Of a stretch of DNA of 64,000 nucleotides, positions 49,911 to 64,000 are shown piece by piece. The notes under the pieces were generated by a model. It saw nothing but the letters and a program-made list of their open reading frames with translations. It was not told the DNA's origin and searched no databases. The position numbers and the translations under genes were made by a program. Numbering within the stretch: the stretch's first letter is position 1; each line of letters begins with the position of its first letter. Source of the DNA: Lama guanicoe (lineage: Eukaryota); NCBI GenBank assembly GCA_013239625.1, contig MU054323.1:14698029-14762028 (forward strand), written 5' to 3'.

Positions 49911-52900
49911 GATCAACTCTGACACACTGAAACATCTCTTTTTCCTATGATTACAAAGCAGAAGTCCAGACACCAGATGGTGGTGAATACACAAAAAGTT
50001 AAATGCTACTAGGGACGAAGCCATCCTCCTGCCCCAAATACCCTCTGTGAAGGTGAGCTCTCCACCAAACTCTCCTTTCCAGAGCTGCCCTTAAAATATC
50101 TGAAACACACAGGGCAAAACACTTTTGCAAATCACAGCTCTGCTTATAACAATACACTACTAAAACAAATAACATTTTCTTACTTTTGACAGATAAAGAA
50201 TTAAGTGCAGACTCATAGCTCAAGTCCTATGCAGCACTCCCAACCTACTACATCTTAAGCCTAATCTTCCTCTGCCGTCCCATTTGCTTATCACCAGCTG
50301 GTCGCATGTTACACATGTTTTTGAACACAGCCCTTGCTTTTCTGTCTCTTCCTTTATTATGTTATTTTCTGCTGCTAAAAGTCTCTTGCCTCTTGTTTGT
50401 GTTTTGAAATCCTATTCATTTTCAAGGTCATTCTCAAATGTCACACTCTTTATAGAACACTTTTGATTCATCCTCCACCTAATAAAACTGTACTTGCTTA
50501 CTCTTGTGAATTTCCAAAGCACTAAATTGCTCCTCTCCCAGAACAATTATCTTTTGCCCTATAACATCCCTATTTATTCTTTTGCTGTATTTCTTCCATT
50601 GGGAACAAACAGCATCTTAGTCCTCTAGCTGCTCACTAAAATGTCAGGCATACTTCATGGAAAATAGGTGTCCAGAAAAAATATTTGCATAAGAGAAACT
50701 AATTAGGAATTTGTTTATTTTGCCCATTAGTCCCCTCCATATGTATTGCTGGTAATGAAATCTAGAATATATTCAAAGCCAAAGCATTACAGTAGGAAAA
50801 AAACACAGTGCTTCAAAAACTACATGCAAAATTAGATATATGATAAAAATCTTAGTGTTCCTCCCAATCTTCCTTATCAGAAAAAAAAGTATACACGTAT
50901 CTTCAAATCCTGTTAAAATCACTTACATACACTTTTCTGCCTAAGGTTGTCATATTAACATCAACAAAAGGAAGCAGCTAATCCTAACTTAAAAGTAAAG
51001 TAAAAAATTCTAAGTAAAAAGTATATGAAAGCTCAAAGTTACAAAAATGCTGAAGGCTAACACTTACACATTCCAAACTCATTTAAAGTAGAACCTCATA
51101 GTATTTAATATGGATAAATTTCCAATGTTCAAGCCTCATGAAAAATTCTTTGGTTGAAGTGTTGCTAACATGAAATACAGCCTTTCCTCAATAATAATAA
51201 TGAAATGACAGTGACAATGATCTACTCCAAATATGTTACTTGCCTTTATGTTAAATTAGAGTTTAAACTTTCATCTCTTTAGATATGTTGCTTTAATATT
51301 GCAATTATTAAACTCCTGCTATGTTGAAAGCAATATATATAAAACCTTAATATATTAATATATATCACCTTAAACATAGAAGGGTGTGTGTGTAATATAT
51401 ACATATATATAAAATAGAATGTGCCTATGCAAGAAGGTTTAAAAGAGGTTGTGTAGCTGCTCTATGGTGAGGCTGATTAAAAATCTCATTACCTGCTTAA
51501 ATAATCATTTAAAGAAGCTGAAAAGTAAAAAGATTAGTAAAGATCAAATAACTAATTTGATATTTCATTAAATGAAGCAAAGTAATCAGACTTTATCTTA
51601 TTCCATTTTACAGATCAAATTAAAACACCCAAGTATTGTCCTCATTGTCAGATAGTAAACCAACTACAAAGGAAGGTTTCTTTCATCTGTATGTTTAATA
51701 ATCTTTTTAGACCTACATGTAAAAATTACAGTATAAAAGGTACCTACTGAATTGAGACATTTGGAGCTTGCAGTGTACTTTAAAAAGTATTTCCAGGTCT
51801 TTTTTATCCTCGTGTAACCACTCAATTTCCATCCCATTATAAATGTCTTCCCTCATCCTTCACACACATCTGTTGGAAAACTATTCCTTCATTGTAAAAT
51901 GTATCAAGATCAGAGACTGTACATAAATAATTGATACCATGATAGAAATATAGCATAAATGACATTCACAAGGATTATGCTCTCATGCTTGATCTAAAAA
52001 CTTTGAAAAGTATTTGCCTTCAGGGTTCTTGATTACCTGAAACTATAATGCTGCACAGTTACAATGAGGAAGTGGCACATTTAAGAACTGTGAAAGATTT
52101 ATTTTTGAAAATAACAGAAGGAAGAATTGTGGGCTGCTGAACTATCATACAGGAAAAAAAAATCCATCCCACTCTTTTTGCTATTATATTGTTTGAGAAG
52201 TTGCAGTAAATCTTCACTTTGGCTACCATCCTATTTTATTTTACTATAACTATCATCCCTTTTACTATGGAATGCTTTATGGAGTACTTTAGTCCTCAGC
52301 TCTTTTGCTAAGCACTAGCACTGATAGCGTAGGATCTATCAAGCATTTTAACCAGTTTATTCTTTGCTTTCAGACCATGATGAGAAATCATTACCATGGC
52401 TTTAAAAAAAGAATATTTGGCCATCATATCCCAAGAAAAACCCTTATTTTAATCATATTTTAGAACAGCTCTCTCCATTCTATCATGGTGGAATTTTCTA
52501 TGAGAATAAGACATCCAAAAAGCAGGTAAGGAAGTTCTTAGCTGGAGAAAGCCCCTCCCTCCTCTATCCTGGACCAGCACCAGCTGAAGAGCAGGTGTTG
52601 TAACTGACCACTTCCTGTCACTCAGGGGCTGATACTGCAGTTAAACCTCACAAGTGTAAATAAGAGGAGTACAGACAGAAATGCTCTATACTCAGACTCC
52701 CCTACTTCAGTTTCTCATTTTGCTCAAGGTCTGTTCTTTCAAGGAGCATTCTTTCCCAAGTGCCAGGGAAAATGTTTTGAGGGGATCCCCACGTTTTCTG
52801 ACAGAAGTGACCTAAAATGTCATCTTTCATGTTCACCAGTTCAATCACAATTCTGACAAACTATAGCTATCCTTGACATCAGGAACTGTATCTCTCTTGT

Positions 52901-53054
52901 TTGTTCTTATATTTCTGGTGCCAAGAACTATGCTTGGGGCAAAACAGAAAGCCATTAAGTATCTGTTGGGTGAATAAATGAATGAATGTATATGAAGAAA
53001 ATTACTAAATAACTTGAAGGTTTATTTGTAGTTGTAACTATCTTATAGATAAGG

Positions 53055-53130
53055 AGCTGACGAACTTTTTCTGTAAAGAGCTAGATAGTAAATACTTAAG
53101 CCATGTGGGCTAGATGACCTCTGTGGCCTT
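53055..53130. mobile_element. MER58 fragment
   Basis: aactttttctgtaaagagctagatagtaaatacttaag..tgtgggc, homologous to 38560-38610. Confidence 0.75.
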
Positions 53131-53189
53131 TACGTTCCCCCGGGCTGTGGGGCATGACTGCCTCTAAGACTCAACCTACATACTCTCTC

Positions 53190-53565
53190 ACCACGCTATC
53201 TAGAAACAGCCCTGCCTCTGCGTCTTTGCGTTGGTTGCCCTTATCCCTGGAATGCCCCTCGTCCCCCACCACCACTTTCAGTCATATCCACTGGATCATT
53301 TCCCTCTCCTTTATGTCCCTATACAAATGCCATTTTCCTGGACTGCCATCTGATATTTCCTATTCCTCTCACTTGCTTTATTTTTCTCTTAGTGCTTATT
53401 TTTTGTTCATCGTGCTATACATTTTTTTCTTTTTTTTTTAAGATCTGTCTTTATGGCTAGAATATAAGGCCCATAAGAGCAATGATTTGTCTTCACAGCT
53501 TTACTGCTGGAGTCTAGAATATACCAGACTCTCAACAACTGGTGTTGAGTATACTTATAAGGGAA
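53190..53565 (+). mobile_element. L2 3' fragment
   Basis: gtctttgc.ttgg.tgccct..cctggaatgccc...ctagaatataagg.ccataagagca. Confidence 0.7.
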
Positions 53566-55704
53566 TGACTAAAGGCTCCAGTCATCTGAGCTCAGTTTGC
53601 TTTTTTTTTTGCAATGACTACGACTCTGAATATGCCAGCCTGTTTCCAGAAACCCTAAGGAAGGCCAGCTGCTCCTACTCACTGGATTTCTTCACTACCT
53701 GTCAGCTTTACAAATACCTAATTATCATCAATACCTTCCTGAAGCATTGCTGCTGCTCCTTTGCCTTCCTCGGGACCTAAGCAGGTTTCTATCACTCAGT
53801 ACAAAATGTCATTGCAGGTGTTTGTTAACTGATTTGTCTCCTCCCAGAGCCTTAAGCTCATTGAGGATGTTTAGAAAGTAGATAACAAACTCTAGGCAGA
53901 AGCACAGACATTTTATCCTCTAGCTAGTTTCTGCTCAAAGAGATAATATATATGCTAAAGAGGCTGAATGCCGAAGTGTTCAGAGTGTTTAGAATATATA
54001 AACAAGTTAGGAGGAAAAAAGTGCGAGGGCAAAAAACAGAGAGAGAACGATTTAATGTGAATTTGCACTTTTTAAAAAAACAAAGTTTACTCATTCATCC
54101 AACCATTAATCCATCAAATGTTTACTGATGGCCTATCCTGGGCTGGACAGTTTTGTCAGGATGTTGAAATGTGAAGGAGACTAACCCCCTGCCACCAATC
54201 ACTGTGGTACTCACACTACAACCAGAAAGACAGCCTTGTTAGAAGTATGCCCAGGCCAATCCCCCAACCTCTACTCCATCTGAAATCACTGCCCTAAAAC
54301 CACTCCCCATGCCTAAGAAGAGCAGTTAAATAATGCAATCATTTATTTATTTATTTATTTATAACCTGAATTTGACAGAAATATCTGGGGGTTGAAATAT
54401 TCATAAAACAATTTCAAATCTCCAAGAATATTTAAGTTTTTGATAAAGTGTTCAATTCTAGCTTATGCGTAGAAATGATGTAAAACATAGACAAGCTTAA
54501 ATGGCATCTTCTGTCCTTTCTATGACCTGTTTTGCAAAAATGTGTTAATTATTTTAACAAATATTCCTTAGGTGTCTATTTTATACCAGAGATTTTTTTT
54601 TTAGCATAGAGGTCCCAACAAAAGACAAAAAGAGACAGCCCCTTTGCCGTCGTGGAGGTTACTCCAGTTATTACAGGGGTGGCATCAACTATGCATTTTT
54701 AGCTCATCTTCTGGGTATGAGATGCAGCACCATTCTTTACATCCTCTCCTGGGCATCCACCTGTCTGCTGCCTGCTGACTTGAGGCGTAGTAAGCTGCCT
54801 GGCTGTTTCTCTTACAAGTACCCAGGACAGAACCCTGATGGCTGCCTGAGGAATCTTCCCTGTTCCTTTATCTGCTGCTTCTAAGCAGTTGCTTTCACCA
54901 TTTACACAAACCAGTCCCTGTGGAAATGTTGGTCAGTAGTTGCTTCATGTCTCAATATATGTTCAGACTTTGTGGTCTATGAATTGAAGGTCTTGTGTTC
55001 CAGATCTGTGATTAAGCAAGAATTTTGGAGCAGGAAGAAGATACATGTTCTCAGTCAGCTGTCCTGATCCAATCACACTAAAAAAGGCTTTCACTAAAGA
55101 CCATATAAGTGCCTTACAAATAAATTTAGGATGAATGAAACCAATCCATAGATATAACTAAATACTATATATATATATATAATATACATATACATATATA
55201 TGAATATATGCTAAACAGTACACTCTCTGTGAGTCCCTATAATTAAAGAGATAAGCTACAGATAAAAATCAGTGAATTTTGTTATGAAATTTCCATAACC
55301 ATGCATCATTTTACACTGCACATTTGTTTATCACTCTCTTCCCCCAAAGATGATTTAACCAGAAATCACTCCATACTGAAGTATTACAGAAATCCTTAGT
55401 TAGGCTGCACCTAAGGAAACTCCTACTGGGGCTTCTTTTTCCTTCTCTCTCTTTCCTCCATCATTCAGGGATTCTTTCTGTGTTCTGTGCTGTTCACATC
55501 TCTCATGAATGCTGTTAGGGTAGCCCTTCTCTTAAAGTCGATCTTTCTTTATACTAATTGTGGAAAATCTATTCTCTCTTTCTCAGTTGCTAAAAGTTTA
55601 CAGTAAAGGTGAAAATAATAAGAATCATCACAGTATATTCAATTACTGATGCCTTATACTGACTTAGCATTTTGTATGCACAAATCATAACTGCAAAATA
55701 TATG

Positions 55705-55930
55705 TGAATTTAACTACATGCCAAGCACTGTTCTAAGTATTTTACATGTATCTTTTAATCCTTACCACAGCCACATGAATTAGGCACCATCATTCCATTT
55801 CACAGGTGAAATAACTGATTCAGAGAAAGGTTAAGAAATTCAGCTAGATCATAAGGTAGAAATTACCAAAGCTAAGATGCAAACCAAGGCAGTTGTCTTT
55901 AGTGTTCCTGCTCTTAACATTCTACTCTGA
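55705..55930 (-). mobile_element. MIR
   Basis: tacatgccaagcactgttctaagtattttacatgta..tttaatcct...ccatttcacaggtgaaataactga. Confidence 0.8.
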
Positions 55931-57341
55931 ATCACGGTATTAGGTAATATATGAGGATACAGAGTAAGCACAACAGAGGTTCTGTACCACAGGATTTTAT
56001 AATATAATAATAAGTAGGAACTATCAGTTCCTTAAAGGCTTCTCTCCTGAAGGTCTATATGCTACGCCTACCGGTCTTTATTAAAGCGTTACATGGTAAA
56101 AAAAAGTGTTTGCTAACAAGAACTTGTAGTATGGTCCTTTCCAGCAGGGTTTACTAGATCAGCATTGCCCACACTGCGTTTTACAGAACAGTGGCTCTGT
56201 AGGATGTTAACAAGTTAACAACAACAAAGAAATTAATGGTGAAATGATAAGGGGTGGGGTTAACATTTTACGGTAAGGAGCTCCTAAACCATCACATACA
56301 GAAGTGTACTCACAACGTCAGTTTGAGTTTGGGGACTAATTTGGAATTAAGGGTTGAAACACTGAAGAAAAAATGACTGGCTCTAGGCCAAAAAGTAGAC
56401 ACAAGTTCATAATTTGAAAGAAAGAATAGAAAAAAAGTTAAGTATGAAGGGAAGTAAAATGACATTGTTTCTAATTAACTTGTCTTGGATACACAAAAGC
56501 TTTAAGCATTCTAGGTCACTGGTCTGTTAGAATGCAGAATGTAGTAAAGCTAATACCTTCTATGGTTCCTTTTACCATGTTGCAAATTACCTTCAAGATA
56601 TCAAGTCAATAGAAAACGGTTTTCATTATTTAGCAGAACTATTAGGATCACAGAATAAACAAGCTCTAAAATAAAAATTAATTTTGATTATCATATATGT
56701 GAAAATTGAGGGAGTAACTGTCTTTAATCTGGATGGTATAACAGGCTGACAGTATTTACAAATAAAAATGGAAATTCCTTACTAGAAAATAATTATGTGA
56801 CTTTTCCCCTAATATTATAAGAAAAATGTGAGGTTTAATAATAGGGCAATCATACAGCACTTAAATCCTCATAAGGATCATCTGAGAGGCTATAATTATA
56901 TTACTTTAATATCTGAAAAGAAAAAAATCTGCATGTATAATGGTATCAGTGTTTAAGGATATAAACTGTAATATTTCAATTCTCAAGTAGAATGTTGTTC
57001 ATGCTCATAAATAAACATATCTGCTTGATAATATCAAAATTTTCTTCTAGCACCTAAAATACACACATCATTTTAAATTATTTCCTTATAATCTAAGATA
57101 GTAAAACACAATGCTCTCCTAATTCTTTATATTTGGAGTATCAGGAAGATCCATGCACCGAGCTGCTAGATCCAAAATCAGAAGGACAATTACTCAGCGT
57201 GGTGATGGGGAAAAGGTCAACGAGGGATAGAGAGGAGTTGCTTTTTTTCCCAAGCTCATGTCCCACATTTCAACTCAAGACTCTCAAGAGGATTACTTAC
57301 CAAGTCAGCTGCCAATATGACTTTCTCCTGGTAGAGCCTAC

Positions 57342-57465
57342 TGTCACCAAATCAAACTTGGGTCCACTTACCTATGTGCAGTGAAGCCAATCTTCTGACG
57401 GTGGGTTGTGGTGAATGAAAATGCAGCATTTATTGCAGAGCACCAAGCAAGGAGTCCAGGAAGCC
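57342..57465 (-). mobile_element. Truncated ERV1 LTR 3' end (R/U5)
   Basis: tgtcaccaaatcaaacttgggtcc...tttattgcagagcaccaagcaagg; parallels 4457-4545 with AATAAA intact on minus. Confidence 0.75.
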
Positions 57466-57639
57466 ATTGCATACCAATTACCATCCGTAGAAATATATTT
57501 TGCCATGCAAACATTTGTGTAGCCATATACTTTAATCTGCCTAGAAAAAAGAAAGGAGACAAATATGTAATAAAGAAAAATAAATGTTTCATGGTGTTGG
57601 ATTTGAATGGAAAAACTCAATTGGATTTCAGCCCATAAA

Positions 57640-58390
57640 AATGGACTTAGAGACAATACCACCTCAATAACATTAAGCACACAGAGTGCTGAGATCTTGA
57701 TTTCCAAGTGACATTTCCCCAAAGAAGGACACTGGCAAACAGCTGATCTCAGTTCTACGGTAGAAAAAGTACACAGGAAGCCCAGACGTGTTTAAGACAA
57801 AATAAGTCATGCCAAAAGTAGACAAAGAAACTTGAAGGCTTTCCCACTTGCCAAATTTGGAACAAACTGAACTTCAAATAAAACAATTAAAGGAATTACA
57901 AAATATTAAACAACTACAACAAAATGATTTGTGGGTCCAAAATGTAATTTTTTTTTTTAAAAGGAATGAGAGAGAAAGAGAGAGAAAAAGGGGAAAGAGA
58001 AAGTATATGAGAGAAAATGGCAAGGGGGCAGGGTGTAAATCACTTTTGTACAGAACAATACTTATCTATCAAACATAAAAGAAATAGAATTGGAAATCAT
58101 TGCTTTTCAATCACCAATGTAATAACTGAAATTACTCGTTAGTAATAATCATCAGTTGATCTTAAATGTTGTTGGGGCAAAAAAAGTTTGTAGGTTTTCA
58201 AGGTAGGTCCTAATTGAATACTTATTATGAAGGAAAAAATATTATTTTATATAGGAACGATTATGTGATCATCAGCTGACTGATAACACTTAGCACTAAC
58301 CGGAGGTAGAACACTTAGCATTTCTACCACAAGCATTGACAGTATTCAAATGACAGTATTTGTTTCCTGAAATGGTGCAATAACATTGAT
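57640..58390 (+). mobile_element. L1MC-type 3' UTR fragment
   Basis: agcacac..gtgctgagatcttgatttc...gtcatgccaaaagta...tttcaatcaccaatgtaataactga. Confidence 0.55.
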
Positions 58391-61310
58391 TATTCAATTG
58401 AAGATGAAACAACACACAGCAGGAGTGCAGAACCAAGAGAATTACACCAAATCAGGACCAGAGCCCAATTACGTCAAGAAACACCATATACATGGACTTT
58501 TTATTATTTGAGATAACATTCTTTTATATTTGAGCCAGCTGAGTTGGAGTTTACTGTGATCAACTGTTTGATTCTTCACGTACACAGAAAGTGAAAAATT
58601 CCCAAACTTCTGTTGTACAGGTTGCTCTTTTTATATCTCAAAGAATTCATCTCTTAATGTAGATCTCATTCTTTAAAATCAATGAAGAGAATTACCTTTG
58701 CTCACAGTGATCTTAATATTATATTTTAAAACTACTTAGACATTCTCTATGATATCAAAGCTAAAGTGACACAGATCTTTTCTCCATTGTTCTTTGTCTA
58801 GCAATAGTGACAAATGGGAACTTTCATTTTTATTTACTTCTATATAAGAGTTTATTCAAATACTATAAATAATTAAATAATTAGTAGTATGACATCACTA
58901 ACACTCACTAATCAATTAAGCTTGGAATTAGATCATTAAATGTGATAGCTGCCAGATGACAATATATTTTGAAACTATATAATATTCTGCAAAAATATTT
59001 AAAAAATGGTTTTGAATATTAATAGAGAGACATACAGGCACACACTTTATATTTAAGATTCATAAAGTACTGACTTTTATCAGTATTTTTTTTTACCAAA
59101 TGTTGTATCTTAAGATATTGCTAATATATTCTAGCTTAACATGTCTTAAACATTCTTCCATAAAATATTCATGAAAATAAATACTGAACAAAAATTTCAC
59201 AATTAGTCATTGATATTAAAGGATTGAAATTGTACCTCAATTTTAAATATGCATGGCCACAAATTATTCATTCCTACAAAGGTAACAGAATTTTTGGAAA
59301 TCACTAGAAACATTTGTGAAAACAGCTATTATAATGGGCAAGAAAAACAGACCAATTAGTGCTGCAAAAAAACAAAACTGAGATGTATTACTTCCAGTTG
59401 TATGCGGAATAATAAAATATGTGACTATTTAAGTCCCTTATTATAATTAATACAATGACAGAAATATTTGTGGCTATAATTATAATTAATTTGGAGCTAA
59501 CCCTGCATAGCAGACAATATGTTTCACACAAGTTTTTGTTATTCTTGTCATAAGAAGGAAAAAAGCAATGGCGTTTGCTCATTTTATATGTATGTACAGC
59601 TAAGGATGCATCATTACCAATAAAGATACCTAATTTAAATTCAACACCTTACTCATGCAACCCAATATAAGAACTTATTTCTGTGAAGAGCCTCATTAAT
59701 AGTAATGATTTGTTGTTATTACAAAGTAATATAAAACCTTGATCAGATATTTGTAAAACACAAAAAAAGCAAAAATGCACAAAAATACCATGCATTTGCA
59801 TTGTCCAAAAATAATCTAGAGTTGAATTTTAACTTATTCATGTATATCCTTTTAGTTTATTAAAATAATTTAATTTAAAACACTTCAAATTTATTATGGT
59901 AGTACCGATATAAACCAATTCTTTCACTTACTAATTTTTATATAATTTCATATACTAAGGTAGCATAATCAATGGCTATAAAAATTTAATTCTCCAGCTA
60001 TGTTATTATTTTAATTTTCTTTTTTGTATTTTATTATACAAATAATTCATATTCCTTACAGATGAATAATAAAAAGACTATAAACATTAAGAAAATTAGC
60101 ATGAATCCTTCTAAATTCTAACTCTGTTAAACTTAAGTATATATTGCTTTATTTTCTTATGAAAATGTATTCACACGCATGATTGATAAAAATAGATCTT
60201 CAAAAATACTTAATTTTTTCATTGAACAACACATTTTAGAATTATTTGCAACTCAACAATACATTGTATTGGGCGCAAAGTGGGGCCCAAAGTCTCTGAA
60301 GTCATTAAATGGGTCTCTGAGTGATAGTAATTTCTCTTCTGGTCCCATGACAATCCCACCTCGATACCCTGTAAGTTACTGATTAACTTAAAGGCTGATT
60401 ATCATCAGTGCACCTTATAAAATATAGTAGTTTAAAGGGAGCAAAAAATATATGAAATTGGGCTCAAGATAGAGACAGAGATACATGCATGAGTTCTTTC
60501 TCCAGATCAAATAATAAAATACAGGAAGCTATTACAGACCTTGTTTTTTCTTTCTTTATTACCCAATCCAAGTTCGATTTCCCTTCAGCACACATCTTCA
60601 CTGGTTAAATTTTTTTTTTTTAACTTTGTGTTGTGACCCAAAGCTACATTCTTGGAAAAAAATGAACCCTTAGTGTATATACTTGCATTAGAGTTGCTAT
60701 GATTGTTCACTCACTGTCTGCAGTGTATTTAGAAGTATTAGGAGTTGTCTCAGAGGATCCTCTGTGTTCTACCAGTACCATTCCAATAGCAGCCCTATCT
60801 TCATTTGACAATCAGAATTAATCTCCAGGCGATGCTATACTACTCTCTATCGCCATAAACTCAGTGGCATGAAAATTCAATGGGTAAGTGTGATCTTAGC
60901 GTCCAAGTCAATTAAACCATTGTTAAGTCCCCTGGTGGAGGTCCAAGCCCACGCAGAAAACTGAAGTCTTGGGGATAGGAAATAATTTAAGAGGGGACCA
61001 TTAATTTCTATCTTTCTTTCCTTGATTCCAGCTTCTTCTCCTTGATTTCTAGACCTTTGAGCTCTTTTTCATAAGAGAAAGAATTCCATAGAATGGTAGC
61101 TGGTTCAGACAGTAGACCACATGCTTTACAACAGAACACTAAACTCACAAGGCTTTCTTCCCACCTAGAATCATTTTGTTTTAAACAGATCTTTTTTATT
61201 GGCTTCTAAATCAAGCTATTTCTGGATGATGGGGAGCATGGAAAGACCTGTGAATTAAACAGGCTTGAGCCCGCTGCATTACTACTTTTGTTATGAAAGA
61301 AATTCTGTGA

Positions 61311-61349
<39 letters not shown>

Positions 61350-61371
61350 ATATGTGTGTGTGTGTGTGTGT
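61311..61371. repeat. Interrupted (TG)n/(TA)n microsatellite
   Basis: Directly visible. Confidence 0.95.
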
Positions 61372-61619
61372 ATCAGGCTCACTAAACCTAGGGATAGTGA
61401 TAGTGCCATATTATGAGTTCAGCAAGAAAAATCCATCTACATTCATAGTAAATGGCCATTCTAGTGAAGACACATTTCTGCATCTCACCTCATACAAGAG
61501 GTTCTATATAAACTACCTTCCACCAGGTAGCTGGGTGATTTACTCAGAAAAGGATGTTATTTGAGTAAGTATAGAGGATATTTTAAAAATAAGATAATAT
61601 TATGGTCAAACGAATTATT

Positions 61620-64000
61620 CCTAGAAGAATATAAATTCTCAAAACTCATCCTTTAACCAGTTAGGAAATTGAATCAGTAATGCAAAATATTCCCTCAAAT
61701 ACCAGGCTCAAATAACTTTACATCAGGAGCAAACAAATAGGAAAAAGATAATTCTGATTTTTTACTGATTTCTACACATTTCATAAAATAGAAAAATAGG
61801 TATGTTCTGCAACTTATAAATGGGTCTAATAAAACCTTAATATCAAAATAAAATAAAACAAAATACAGCAAGGATAATAATATAACTACATATCAATCTC
61901 AGAATATAGATATGAAAATACAAAGAAAATATAACAAAATTCAGCAATGTATAAAATGACACTAATCAACGTATAAAATGACACTTTTATCAGAATATCT
62001 AGTTTGGTTTATTATCAGAAAATATACTAATAAAATTAGCCAATAAAATATGTTTACTTCAATAGAAGAAAAATAACTTTATAATTCCAACAAATATTTA
62101 TAGTAAATACCAATCCAGAAACCTTATTTATTTTAATAAAAAATATCTACAGAAACTTAAAGAAAACAATATGCTTAATTGAAAAATGTTAAATTAATTT
62201 TCTTTAAATCAGAGGTGTTACAAGGAAGACCATTAACACTTTATTCAATATTTTACCAGAGGTCTTATGCAACAAAAGAAGAAAATTAAAATGTACATGA
62301 TTTAAAGGGAGAAATACACTGCATTATTCCAATATGATGTGTATGTCAGTTTACACAAATATATAAAAGTATTTAATAATTATACAACTTAAAGCTACAG
62401 TTTAGCAATTATACTAGGTATATACTAGATATAAGACAAATATATACAAGTAAATTGCATTCTTGCACATTAGCAAATAAAGAAAATTAAAAATATATCC
62501 ACCGGAGCAGTAAAACATATAAATTATATCAGAGGTAATTGTTAAATGATTCAAAACTATTTTAAGGTATTTTAAAAAATTTAAATAAATGGATGGATAT
62601 ACAACATCTTGGACAGGAAGACATGCTATCTCAGTGATAGCTCTTCTGTGAAATTCTATTAATTTCATGAATCTTAAAAGGAATCCTAAAGCTTAAACTA
62701 AGGGATAAAAGACCAAGAACAGCTAAGAGAGTCTTGAAGCAGAACGAAGAGAGGCTACGGTTTCCTTGGTAAGAAATATGATCATAAAGCAATGGTAATT
62801 AAGTTATCATCCTGCTTGCCCAGAAGTGGACAAGTAGACCAATGGAACACAGCTGGTGGCTCAGAGGAAACACACCCAAATATGGAAACCTGAGATAGAA
62901 TAAGAGGCGGATACACAGGTCAGTGGGAAAAGACTGGAGAGCTTTCATCAAATGGTGAAGGAAAAATGAGTTATCTTCTGAGAGACTGAAAATACAAAAA
63001 GGGGATGGCCATATCCTATATAACAACAGAATCCTGACTCACAACCTCTGTAGCAACCAGTCGAGAAGTCAAGCCACCATCTCCCCATTAGTTGGCAAAG
63101 CCATCATGTTCTTTGCTCCTGCTTCAAACTCTGGACCAACCAGAGCAAGCCCAATATGCTCCTCAAACCATCACATAAGATGTCCCACTTCTAGCTAGTC
63201 TGCCTCCAACAACCTCCAATCAAAACATCCCTGAAGCCTTTCTTTTTATCTATTATGAAGCCTTTTCCATTCTCCTGCTGTCTTTGAGTCTCTGTGAAAT
63301 GCAAGTGATGGAGATGCACTCCCTTGCTACCCCCAGTTCTGAATAGACAGCCTCTGTTCTTATTTATGTGATCTTTATTTACTGGCATACCCCATGAAAA
63401 AATATGATTGGATCCCAAGCTTGTACCTGGGTTTGAGATTAAAGACTTAAACATGAAAGGCAAAACTTCACAGGAGAATTTTTTATGACATCTGGTTAGG
63501 GAATAATTTCACAAATGGGGACATAAGGAGAAATTTTAAAGGAATAAATTTTACACTAAAAAATTCAGAACTTCTGTTCATAATATATTTTTTAAAATGA
63601 AAGAATAAATCAAATGGAAAATAAATAATAAAAAGACCTCAAAACTGGGAGAAGACTTCTGCAACACAAAGTTAAAAAGTTAGTATCTACAGTATAAACA
63701 AGGGTCTTGCAAACCAAAAAGAAAAAAATTAAAGACCATCAACATAAAAATGGACCAAGTACAAGAATACACAAGAAAAGGAGAAAATACAGACGTCCAA
63801 AAATGTATCAAAAGACACCCACCATTATTAGTAATCAGAAGAATAGAAATTAAAATATTTCACAAGACTGTTTATGAGGATGGAGGAGTCATTATTCACA
63901 AATATTGCAGATGCACAAATTGTTTTAACTAGTTTCAAAAACAGTAAAAATGAAGACGGTCTTACCTAAGATTAAATAATTTCATTCTTGAAATATGGAA
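61620..64000 (+). mobile_element. Old, heavily decayed L1 ORF2 fragment interrupted by an LTR
   Basis: gaaattgaatcagtaat, ttctttaaatcag, ttattcaatatttt, agaccaatggaaca, gagattaaagacttaaacatgaaagg, aaactgggagaagac occur in ORF2 order. Confidence 0.75.
62980..63387 (+). mobile_element. MER89-like ERV1 solo LTR inserted in L1
   Basis: tggccatatcc...actcacaacctctg.agcaaccag...ggaccaaccagag...cctccaatca...ctttgagtctctg; L1 resumes after 63387. Confidence 0.65.

Noticed and set aside
25017..61985. Scattered 10-15 bp direct duplications (e.g. aaactaataaatt ~25017, acacttagca ~58286, gtataaaatgacact ~61949)
   Set aside because: Ordinary slippage micro-duplications; no array or shared unit, nothing CRISPR-like

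Overview
AT-rich, CpG-poor mammalian genomic DNA, most likely a camelid (alpaca/llama/camel). The evidence is a vic-1-type tRNA-derived SINE at 30279-30417 and the 3' UTR of the youngest L1. I find no CpG island, no recognisable cellular gene, no RNA gene and no supportable multi-exon coding structure, so the window looks intergenic or deep intronic. The ORFs I can assign are LINE-1 ORF2 remnants (clearest at 36870-37178 and 43157-43444); the rest look like chance ORFs. A large part of the window is interspersed repeats: L1, L2, MIR, ERV1/ERVL/MaLR solo LTRs, and MER2/MER5/MER58 DNA transposons. The notable structure is in how they are arranged: (1) six ERV1-class solo LTRs in 865-5009, three of them nested inside one another with readable target-site duplications (TSDs); (2) a MER2B inserted antisense into another MER2B, itself inside a MaLR LTR; (3) a young TSD-flanked L1 spanning the 590-N assembly gap; (4) two internally deleted L1s. 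I cannot support a previously undescribed biological system here. Repeat family names come from recall of consensus sequences and need RepeatMasker/Dfam confirmation; boundaries without a TSD are approximate.
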